Part shown: positions 1 to 7,076 of the stretch, piece after piece | How positions within the stretch are numbered: position 1 is the stretch's first letter | Layout of the letters: every line of letters starts with the position of its first letter | Translations under genes and position numbers: made by a program | Notes under the pieces: generated by a model | The model's input: only the letters and a program-made list of their open reading frames with translations | What the model was told of the DNA's origin: nothing | Database searches by the model: none | IMG/VR virus record: IMGVR_UViG_3300048576_000612 | Location: 1 to 41,636 of that record | Reading direction: 5' to 3' (one strand) | Length of the DNA: 41,636 nucleotides | Origin: a virus | Taxonomy: Duplodnaviria; Caudoviricetes

Positions 1-1332
1 ATGGCTGAGCGGGAGCAAACGACGCCCATGAAGTTGGGACTCAACGGACTGGGGAGAATCGCCAAGCTCACTATATGGCACCATGCGGAACGGCGGTATT
101 TCTCCGAATTGGTGGTCAACATCGGTCGCGATGTCGGCACTTCGTTGGAAGACATCGCTCACTTCATTGAAAACGATTCCACTTACGGTTCCCTGCACCA
201 CTACCTGTATGGGTGCAGAGCATCGAGGGTCATAGAGGAGATGGATGAAGCGGCCGGGTCTATGCGGATCAACGGGATAAAAACGACTTTTCTCCGCAAG
301 AGCCGCAATCCCGCCCAAATCGACTGGAAGGGCCAGGGCGTCGGGCTTGTGGTGGATGCGACAGGGGCGTTTCTTGATCCTACGGTTTCGGAAGACGACT
401 CCAAGGGGGCTCTTCGGGGGCATCTGGTTTCAGGGGCTAAAAAGGTCATTGTGTCCGCGCCTTTCAAAATCAAAGACAAAAGCAAGGAAATGCCCCTCGA
501 CGCCGTAACGACGGTAATGGGCATCAACGATGCGGACTACGACCCCAGGAAGCACACCTTCGTATCCAATGCTTCCTGCACCACCACTTGCCTGGCTTTC
601 ATGATAAAGCCTCTGCTGGATTACTTTGGGCCGGAGCGGATTCTATCCGCATCCATGACGACGGTGCACGCGGCCACAAGCTCCCAGCAGGTGCTGGACC
701 GCGCCCCCAAAACCAAAGCGACGGACTTGAGGAAAAACCGCTCTATTTTCAACAACATCATCCTCACGACAACCGGGGCTGCGAAGGCGCTGGGTCTCGT
801 CATTCCGGAGATGAAGAACATCGGGTTCATTGCCGAATCCGTTCGCGTGCCGACCACCACCGGCTCCTTGATTATCCTGATGGTCCTCATTCAGGACGAA
901 AGCATGAAAGCCCCGGTCAAGCGCGAGCAAATAAACGGGATATACAAGAAGGCGATGGATCTCTATCCGAACAACTACCTTCTTTATACTGAAAATCAGA
1001 ATGTCTCCTCGGATATTATCGGAATGCCGAGGGCCGCTACGATAATCGAAGGCCATGAAACCCATACCCGCACTGCGGCGGTGCGATTGGATCTCGAACG
1101 GGTTTTAGCCGCCATGCCGATGGCAATGCCGGGCGAGGGAGCCGTTTCCATGAGCAGGACTGCGGCGGGAACCGCAGCCGGCGCCTCGGTGGGAGTCCTC
1201 TCCTCCTTGCAGGAAAAGGTCCTTGCCGTACCCGTCACACAAGCCGTCATTTACGGCTGGTACGACAATGAGCTTGGCAGCTACACGAATATGCTCGGGG
1301 ACCGGACCGTGAGCATTGCGAGCATGCTGTAG
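1..1332 (+). CDS. gap: Glyceraldehyde-3-phosphate dehydrogenase (divergent type I), host gene
   Basis: GLNGLGRI Rossmann motif, DSTYG, catalytic NASCTTTCLA, TTTGAAKA, RVPT, WYDNE. Confidence 0.93.
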   Translation: MAEREQTTPMKLGLNGLGRIAKLTIWHHAERRYFSELVVNIGRDVGTSLEDIAHFIENDSTYGSLHHYLYGCRASRVIEEMDEAAGSMRINGIKTTFLRKSRNPAQIDWKGQGVGLVVDATGAFLDPTVSEDDSKGALRGHLVSGAKKVIVSAPFKIKDKSKEMPLDAVTTVMGINDADYDPRKHTFVSNASCTTTCLAFMIKPLLDYFGPERILSASMTTVHAATSSQQVLDRAPKTKATDLRKNRSIFNNIILTTTGAAKALGLVIPEMKNIGFIAESVRVPTTTGSLIILMVLIQDESMKAPVKREQINGIYKKAMDLYPNNYLLYTENQNVSSDIIGMPRAATIIEGHETHTRTAAVRLDLERVLAAMPMAMPGEGAVSMSRTAAGTAAGASVGVLSSLQEKVLAVPVTQAVIYGWYDNELGSYTNMLGDRTVSIASML

Positions 1333-1399
1333 CTGCGGGTTTTCCAGACCACAAAGTGTGATTCGGTCTCTGTTGTCTTGAAGTTGGATGCGAGAGTGC

Positions 1400-1930
1400 A
1401 TACCCTGTCCCGCATCTTGCAAAGCTCGATCACACAGTCATATATGCCGTTGGCCTCGGTACATTTGAGTTTAAGGATATGGTTGACATGAGTTGGATAC
1501 CACAAAACCCCGGATCGCTTGAGGCGCAAATATGCGATGAACTTGTTGGCGCTCTCTATAGCTCCGCAGCCGGTGTGATAGCCACCTCTTCTTGCATCTC
1601 TATAATCGACGCGCTCTTTGTTGCAGATGAAGTAGCAGTAAAGGGCGCAGTCACTTTGTGGCTGCCCCTTAAGAATGCTTCATGCGCTTGAGTCCGGCAA
1701 GAACGTGTCGGATTTGGTTTTTGAAAAGCCGTATAAGAGCGGCGTCCACCCACTCACGGGCTCCAACGCTTCTCTTTCTGTACTGTTCCGCCGTTTTCTT
1801 GCGGAGGTGCTCGGAGCAGTAGTAGAAATCGAGGGTCTCTCGCACTCTTGAGAAGATTTCTCGAATCCTGTTCCAGATTCAGGCGGAACATTCTCCAACA
1901 ACGCACAAGCGGGCTTCTTTTTCCGCTAAA
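1400..1930 (-). pseudogene. Decayed ISKra4-like (IS256-related) transposase, C-terminal half
   Basis: Manual translation across frameshifts and stops gives RLCVVGECSA*IWNRIREIF..LDFYYCSEHL / AREWVDAALIRLF..VLAGLKRM / RVDYRDARRGGYHTGCGAIESANKFIAYLRLKRSGVLW. These match the DGAxWIW, LDxYH and GSGAIESA..RLKRSG..W motifs of this family. Confidence 0.8.
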
Positions 1931-2000
1931 CTTCGGGTGGCATTTAATTTAAAGCCTCGCGGTTCGGAAAGGAGGTGATAAACATTTTCAGCAAGGCACA

Positions 2001-2053
2001 AAAAGAGGAAAGCCGGCAGAGTAACAAAACGGTTTTTGCTCTCTTTGCCGGCT
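2001..2053 (-). terminator. Intrinsic terminator-like hairpin
   Basis: AGCCGGCA (2011-2018) / TGCCGGCT (2046-2053) with inner imperfect stem, followed on - by TTCCTCTTTTT. Confidence 0.55.
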
Positions 2054-2056
2054 CTG

Positions 2057-2166
2057 TAAAGAGGTATCCTTTGGAATCCAGTTAACCCTCTAGGTCTGTC
2101 CGGAAGCTGCCACTTCGTCGACTGACTTGAAGGTCCCTACGGCATTCGCACAGCGGCACCTCTTTA
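2057..2166 (-). ncRNA. Candidate host small RNA or riboswitch (family not recognised)
   Basis: 9-bp closing stem TAAAGAGGT/ACCTCTTTA; promoter-like sequence upstream, terminator downstream, no ORF. Confidence 0.4.
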
Positions 2167-2171
2167 GTAAA

Positions 2172-2200
2172 AAGATAAGTTGATTAGATGGACTTAGCAA
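2172..2200 (-). promoter_or_regulatory. Putative sigma70 promoter
   Basis: TTGCTA-N17-TATCTT on - strand, about 6 nt before the closing stem of the candidate RNA. Confidence 0.4.
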
Positions 2201-2221
2201 TAAGCCATAGTCCGTAAGTAA

Positions 2222-2282
2222 ATTGCGCGAGGCATGATACAAAAATTGCGTTCAAATGATAAAAGATTGCATTTGCATGATA
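2222..2282 (+). repeat. Prophage right end: three tandem transposase-binding sites
   Basis: ATTGC-N6/7-ATGATA at 2222-2239, 2245-2261, 2266-2282 (~22 bp period). Confidence 0.8.
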
Positions 2283-2309
2283 ATATTTAAGTGGCTGCAA
2301 TAAAAGGGC

Positions 2310-2341
2310 AAACCGCTCCTGTCCTGCATGGAGCGGTTTTT
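2310..2341. terminator. Hairpin terminator after the methylase
   Basis: AAACCGCTCC (2310-2319) / GGAGCGGTTT (2330-2339) with T runs. Confidence 0.6.
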
Positions 2342-2418
2342 GGTTGGTTATATTAGGTTTGTTTTAATGAATAGCGAGCTCTATTATTTTACTCTTTTAC
2401 TTCCTCCTCTTGAGCTTC

Positions 2419-3183
2419 TCAGTAGTTCATAACCAGCAATTCGGTTGCGGCCTGGCTGATCTTGCGGGTGCAATAGGTCGTCTGCACCTGCTTAATGCTG
2501 AACTGCTTGAATATCTGCCTTATCTCGGGCACATCATTGATACTCATGATGAATCTACCCTTGAGCCCACCAAAGTGCTCCGCCAGGCGGTGGAAGTCAT
2601 CTCTGCTGAACATGCCCTTGCCGTAGAGGTTTTCAAATCCCCAGTACGGCGGATCGAGGTAGAAGAAGGTGTGGGTCTTGTCGTAGCGTGAGAGATAATC
2701 CTCCCAGGTAAGGTTTTCGATTAACACTCGGGTCAGGCGCAGGTGCACCGCGGAAAGCTCTTCCTCAAGGCGCAGCAAATTGATGCGGGGGCCGCGCTCT
2801 GGGGATACGCCGAAGGTGCGTCCGACTATCTTTCCGCTGAAGCAGTGGCGCTGCACATAATAGTAGCGGGCGGCCCGTTGGATGTCGGTCAACCCTCCGG
2901 CTATGAGCTGCCGGTTCCAGTCATGCCACCACTCTCGAGATGCGAGCAGCCATTTGAACTGCCTACAGAACTCTTCCAAGTGGTTTTGGAGTACGCGGTA
3001 GAAGGTGACCAGGTCACTATTGAGATCGTTTATGGACTCGCATTTGGATTCCGGTTTAGCGAAAAATACCCAGGCGCCGCCGGCAAACACCTCTCCGTAG
3101 ACCTGGTGGTCGTTAGGGATTAACGCCACTATGGATTTAGCGAGTCTGGATTTGCCCCCGAGGTAACATAAGGGACTATTCAT
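2419..3183 (-). CDS. DNA adenine methyltransferase, D12/Dam class (in the position of Mu mom)
   Basis: YLGGKSRLA, EVFAGGAW, INDLN, YLDPPY, ELLVMNY. Confidence 0.92.
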   Translation of the reverse strand: MNSPLCYLGGKSRLAKSIVALIPNDHQVYGEVFAGGAWVFFAKPESKCESINDLNSDLVTFYRVLQNHLEEFCRQFKWLLASREWWHDWNRQLIAGGLTDIQRAARYYYVQRHCFSGKIVGRTFGVSPERGPRINLLRLEEELSAVHLRLTRVLIENLTWEDYLSRYDKTHTFFYLDPPYWGFENLYGKGMFSRDDFHRLAEHFGGLKGRFIMSINDVPEIRQIFKQFSIKQVQTTYCTRKISQAATELLVMNY

Positions 3184-3330
3184 ATTTCCACTTCCTCTCT
3201 TTACAGCCAGCGGCCATCCTGCTACTCTCCGCTTTACCCTCGGCCGGGGGTGGGAGCAGCAGGTTCAGCCTGTGATCCGCAGGTGGCACTGCGGGTCGGT
3301 GGGGAGGGGTCAGTCTCCCCGCCTGCTCCT
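3184..3330 (-). promoter_or_regulatory. Structured RNA leader of the methylase
   Basis: GC-rich non-coding 147 nt with at least 3 hairpins and competing long-range pairings. Confidence 0.6.
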
Positions 3331-3504
3331 CTATGCGCATTCATCCAATGGATGATTATTGGAGTACCCTAACAACCACAAAATACCTGCCTGTACACCC
3401 TCTTCGTAGCTCTTGCCCGGCAAGCGGCTGCCTGCGTCCACAGCCTCAGCACACACGTTGAGCAATGTGTTGACATCCGCCTCAGCCCTAACGATTTTAT
3501 CCAC
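3331..3504 (-). CDS. Small hypothetical protein, 57 aa (not in ORF track): MDKIVRAEADVNTLLNVCAEAVDAGSRLPGKSYEEGVQAGILWLLGYSNNHPLDECA
   Basis: GGGAGG RBS, GTG start, packs directly behind the upstream ORF. Confidence 0.7.
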   Translation of the reverse strand: MDKIVRAEADVNTLLNVCAEAVDAGSRLPGKSYEEGVQAGILWLLGYSNNHPLDECA

Positions 3505-3518
3505 TTATACCTCCCAAT

Positions 3519-3860
3519 CTACTGCGTTACGTCCTGGATGAAGAGCCAGGCGCCGTGCGCAATCGTTTTAACCGTGCCGTCCGTATCAACCATTTCAACA
3601 TCGTATTCATAGGAGCCGACGTGGGCGACCTGGTCGGCCGTGAGCGGGAAGCCGAGAACGCCTTCCGATGGGTCTCCGATGGGGGCTCCGGTGGACTGGA
3701 GCAGGTAGCTCGTTGAGCCCTTGTCGCGCCCGGCGATCACCGAGAGGGTGAAGGAGCGGCCGGTGAGGTCGAAGGGGGTGCGGTCTGGGTTCTTGATGTT
3801 CAGGACCACCTGGTAGGTGTCTCCCTTGAAGCGCGCAATGTTGATTTTAGCTGCCGCCAT
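3519..3860 (-). CDS. BppU-N-like beta-sandwich tail/baseplate accessory protein
   Basis: KGDT..PFDLTG..GSYEYDVEM pattern; position in the tail-end module. Confidence 0.6.
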   Translation of the reverse strand: MAAAKINIARFKGDTYQVVLNIKNPDRTPFDLTGRSFTLSVIAGRDKGSTSYLLQSTGAPIGDPSEGVLGFPLTADQVAHVGSYEYDVEMVDTDGTVKTIAHGAWLFIQDVTQ

Positions 3861-4045
3861 TAGGACTCATCTCCCACTATTGGCTTGGAGCGCAAGAGAT
3901 CAATACAGGATTGATATCCGGTTATGACGCCGTCCCATCGTGATCGTTCAGACCATTGTCGCTTTCTATAGGCTTCAGCCCTATGCTGTTCGCACGTCCT
4001 TATCCTGCGCTCCAATTCCGAGATGATTTCATCTTTGTCAGGCAT
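3860..4045 (-). CDS. Hypothetical protein, 61 aa (MPDKDEII...)
   Basis: Start/stop overlaps with both neighbours. Confidence 0.55.
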   Translation of the reverse strand: MPDKDEIISELERRIRTCEQHRAEAYRKRQWSERSRWDGVITGYQSCIDLLRSKPIVGDES

Positions 4046-4181
4046 TGCTGTTCTCCACTGTAATGGTGAGCGCATCGCTCTCGAGAGCAACCAATAGCTC
4101 TTCGTCTTCGAGCGCCACGTCGAGGCGGTCCAGGATGACCGGGCTTCCGCCTGTCTCCAGCCAGTCGGGGAATATGCCCAT
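4038..4181 (-). CDS. Small acidic hypothetical protein, 47 aa (MGIFPDWLE...)
   Basis: GGAG RBS; fills the gap in the operon. Confidence 0.55.
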   Translation of the reverse strand: MGIFPDWLETGGSPVILDRLDVALEDEELLVALESDALTITVENSNA

Positions 4182-4194
4182 AGCTCTCGTCTCC

Positions 4195-6369
4195 TTATGT
4201 CGGGGTCCGCGACAGTTTGTCTGCGGAGACGTCGAACTGGAAAAGCGGCGTTTCGGCGTCGTCATCATAGATGGTAACGGTCCTTCGGTCGCTGGATACG
4301 ACGGCCCGGTTGGTGAGGGCTTTACGGGCCTTTGCGGCCTCGCTCAAGGCTTCCGCCACGCAGGCGTTGTCCGGGGCCGTGTAAGCACTTGCCGCAAGCC
4401 TTGAGCTCACGGCCGCGTCCACATTATCGGCCAGTCTTTGGCCGATGCTGCCGAGAAGGGTGAGCTGGTCGGCCTGCATGTTCCACACATCCGCAGCCGA
4501 GACGAAATTGGCCAGGATCGACTGCACGGGGAGGGCGTTGGCCCAGAAGCTGAATTCCCCGGCGTTCACCGCGCTTGCCGCCGGCGCCGTAACGTCGTCT
4601 ATCCACACCGTAGCCCCCGCTCCGCCCGACTGCACGGTGAAGGTGAGGGTGAGCATCCCGTCCGTTCCGGTGGTTTGGGTCGCCTGCACCTTGAACTGCT
4701 GCCACTGGTCGTCGATGTCTGCAATTTGAAAGGAGTCCGGCGCAACGCCTAGCCCCGAGAGCGTGACATAGGGGAGATTGGATGCCCCGTAGGCGGCGTT
4801 TTTCCGGATGTAGCCGGAAACGACCACCGGGCTGTCGTTGGGGGCGAACACGTACATATCGAAGGAGAGCGGGTCGGAGCTCGAGAGCGGCTCCATGCGC
4901 ACCGAGGGGGCGGCGGTCCGGAATTCAAAGTTCCCCCGCAGGATGTTGCCGGTCGGGGTGTAGGTTTCCTGGAGCAGGGGATCGCCGTTCTTGTTGGCGA
5001 ACACGATCTTTAGGGCCGTATTGGCGAGCGCCATCTCGGAGGCGAGAACTATCGGCATGCCGTCCACCACGTCGCAGTCGACCAGGCGGAGGGAGTTGAG
5101 GGCGCTGCTCGATATCTGTATCAGAGACGTTCCGGAGAAGCCCTGCGCCCCTGGGCCTACTCCGAGGGCGCAGTCCTTGAAGAGCGCCTCGGCCCCGGCG
5201 CTGACGTTGGCGAACCGGACCGATGACAGGAACTTGCAGCGGTGAAACTCCGGGTTGATCGCGCAGGTGCAGGCAAAGCCCGAGCCGTTGCCCCCGGAGA
5301 AGACGCAGTCATAGTGGCGGCAGTTTTGTCCGCCCTGGGAGTAGGAGGACGCAATGCCGTTTAATTGCGAGCGGTACACGACGCACCGGCTAAAATCGAC
5401 CGTTGCCCCCTGGAACTCCCCGATGGCGTTGCTGCCAACCGTTCCGTAGAAGGCGCAATCCTCGATCTGTATCCGCTCCTTGACGTTTCCGGTATGAAGA
5501 AGACCGTACCCGCCCTCGATGTTGCGGAAGGAGCAGTTGGCGATTTTCTTGTAGACGCTCCTGGTCCGGGCGGACGCCGATGTCCCGCACCAGATGGAGA
5601 AAACGCCGTAGGTGGAGATGGAGCCATTCGCCCCTCCGTTTGCAAACTCGGTATACCGGTGCTCGCGCGTCCACTCCCCCTGGAGGTTGTTGTAGTAGCC
5701 GTTCACGGCGGAGGGATAGCCGGGATTGTAGGACTCGATCACCACGTTGTGGGTGAGGTTTCCAATGTAGCCGCCCGGCGCATGGGTGTAGGCGAGCGGC
5801 ACGGTGAGCGCCGCCGTCGAGCCGTCGATGCTCTGGACAATGCGGTCCTCGGCCTGCGTATGCGTGGGGGCGGTGGAGGCGAGCGCGATGCGGTCCCCCG
5901 CCTTCCAGCCGGAGGCGTCCGCGACCTGGATCGCCGCGGCTCCGGCAAGGGCTTCGGCTGCGAGCGTCGTGTTGACGGTCTTGGGGGCGCCGAAGGTCCA
6001 GATTCCCGCATTGTCCTTTAGCTCCAGCCAGTATTTCATGGAGGCCATGACTTCCGAGTAGTTGAGCCGGATCTTGGCGGTGACGCCGTCGGGGATGGGG
6101 TCCGCCTCCTTGCCGTAGTCGAGGCTCCCGCCCGAGTTGACAACAAGCATCCCCTTGCAGGTAAGCGTGGAGGATGCGGACCTCGACGCCTTGAGCGTCC
6201 CTCCCGAATTGATGTTGATCGCGGTCGCGCTGTCGTCTCCCCAGACATAGGGGCCGTCGAGGGTCACCTCGTGGGAGATGTTGACCTTATCGCCTTCCAC
6301 CGGGACCGCGCCGCCCCAGACGGCCGGGTCGGAGGCGAGTCCGTTTGCACTGCTCGATCTGGTTGCCAT
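4195..6369 (-). CDS. G8-domain / beta-helix / carbohydrate-binding-like protein; probable tailspike or second receptor-binding protein
   Basis: N-terminal WGGAVPVEGDKVNI, GDRIALAST, IGNLTHNVVI (G8-associated); beta-helix-like Cys/Asn repeats; WQQF..WIDDV CBM-like end. Confidence 0.65.
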   Translation of the reverse strand: MATRSSSANGLASDPAVWGGAVPVEGDKVNISHEVTLDGPYVWGDDSATAININSGGTLKASRSASSTLTCKGMLVVNSGGSLDYGKEADPIPDGVTAKIRLNYSEVMASMKYWLELKDNAGIWTFGAPKTVNTTLAAEALAGAAAIQVADASGWKAGDRIALASTAPTHTQAEDRIVQSIDGSTAALTVPLAYTHAPGGYIGNLTHNVVIESYNPGYPSAVNGYYNNLQGEWTREHRYTEFANGGANGSISTYGVFSIWCGTSASARTRSVYKKIANCSFRNIEGGYGLLHTGNVKERIQIEDCAFYGTVGSNAIGEFQGATVDFSRCVVYRSQLNGIASSYSQGGQNCRHYDCVFSGGNGSGFACTCAINPEFHRCKFLSSVRFANVSAGAEALFKDCALGVGPGAQGFSGTSLIQISSSALNSLRLVDCDVVDGMPIVLASEMALANTALKIVFANKNGDPLLQETYTPTGNILRGNFEFRTAAPSVRMEPLSSSDPLSFDMYVFAPNDSPVVVSGYIRKNAAYGASNLPYVTLSGLGVAPDSFQIADIDDQWQQFKVQATQTTGTDGMLTLTFTVQSGGAGATVWIDDVTAPAASAVNAGEFSFWANALPVQSILANFVSAADVWNMQADQLTLLGSIGQRLADNVDAAVSSRLAASAYTAPDNACVAEALSEAAKARKALTNRAVVSSDRRTVTIYDDDAETPLFQFDVSADKLSRTPT

Positions 6370-6391
6370 TGGTTATGCTCCACTCAGGGAC

Positions 6392-7063
6392 TTATTCCAG
6401 TGACGGCAGGTTTACCGCTTCAACTTCTTCAATTGTTTGCGCCGCTTCAACTTGACTCTTGGCGGGATAATATCTTTCACCCAAATGAGCAAGCAGCCTT
6501 GCCCCGGCAAGCTCCAACACGCTCATATTGTCCTCGGCCCCGCCGTAAGCCGTTAAAAGACTGTTACAGTATGCGTCGAATCTTGCGATAACCGAGGAAT
6601 CAGTCACGCTTCCATTTTCAATGCATCGAGCCATTACAATAGTTCTAACTGCATCTGCTACGTTATCGCCTGTGTCGCCAATCTCCCAAGAAAGCGGAAT
6701 ACGCATTTCTTGTTTCAATTCCAAAACTTTTTTAAGCTTCGTTTTCGTCAAATCATTGTCGGAGGCTGTAATAGGACGGCTGTACAAACGCCCTTGGTAA
6801 CGTTTGAGCATCTCCTCGCCCCAGGCCAAATCGTCTGCCGTAAGCGCCCGGCGCTTTGCGTCCTGCGGGAATAGCTTCGGGTCGCGTGACGGTAGACGCA
6901 GATCAAGATCGCCCGGTAAAATCTTGCTTCCGTCCGAGTGCCTATAGGAATCGGGGACGAAAAGAATCTCATCGGCGTTCGGATATGTGTCCAGCGTTAT
7001 TTCCTGCTCATACTCATCCCTATGGGTAGCTAGAACAAAATTATCTTTAATTACAATAAGCAT
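6392..7063 (-). CDS. Tail fibre assembly chaperone-like protein
   Basis: Follows the fibre gene; C-terminal VEAAQTIEEVEAV motif. Confidence 0.55.
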   Translation of the reverse strand: MLIVIKDNFVLATHRDEYEQEITLDTYPNADEILFVPDSYRHSDGSKILPGDLDLRLPSRDPKLFPQDAKRRALTADDLAWGEEMLKRYQGRLYSRPITASDNDLTKTKLKKVLELKQEMRIPLSWEIGDTGDNVADAVRTIVMARCIENGSVTDSSVIARFDAYCNSLLTAYGGAEDNMSVLELAGARLLAHLGERYYPAKSQVEAAQTIEEVEAVNLPSLE

Positions 7064-7076
7064 ATCGAAACCTCAG

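Noticed and set aside
1926-1943. ATG..TAG in frame with the 1680-1901 ORF (possible stop readthrough)
   Set aside because: Better explained as an off-frame reading of the transposase pseudogene
1954-1975. GCCTCGCGGTTCGGAAAGGAG resembles the 3' end of the Moco RNA motif
   Set aside because: The upstream part of the motif is absent; that DNA is transposase remnant
2093-2162. GGTCTGTCCGGAAGC..GCGGCACCTC resembles parts of 6S or SRP RNA
   Set aside because: Too short for 6S and lacks the SRP GGAAGGAAGCAG core; promoter and terminator point to the other strand
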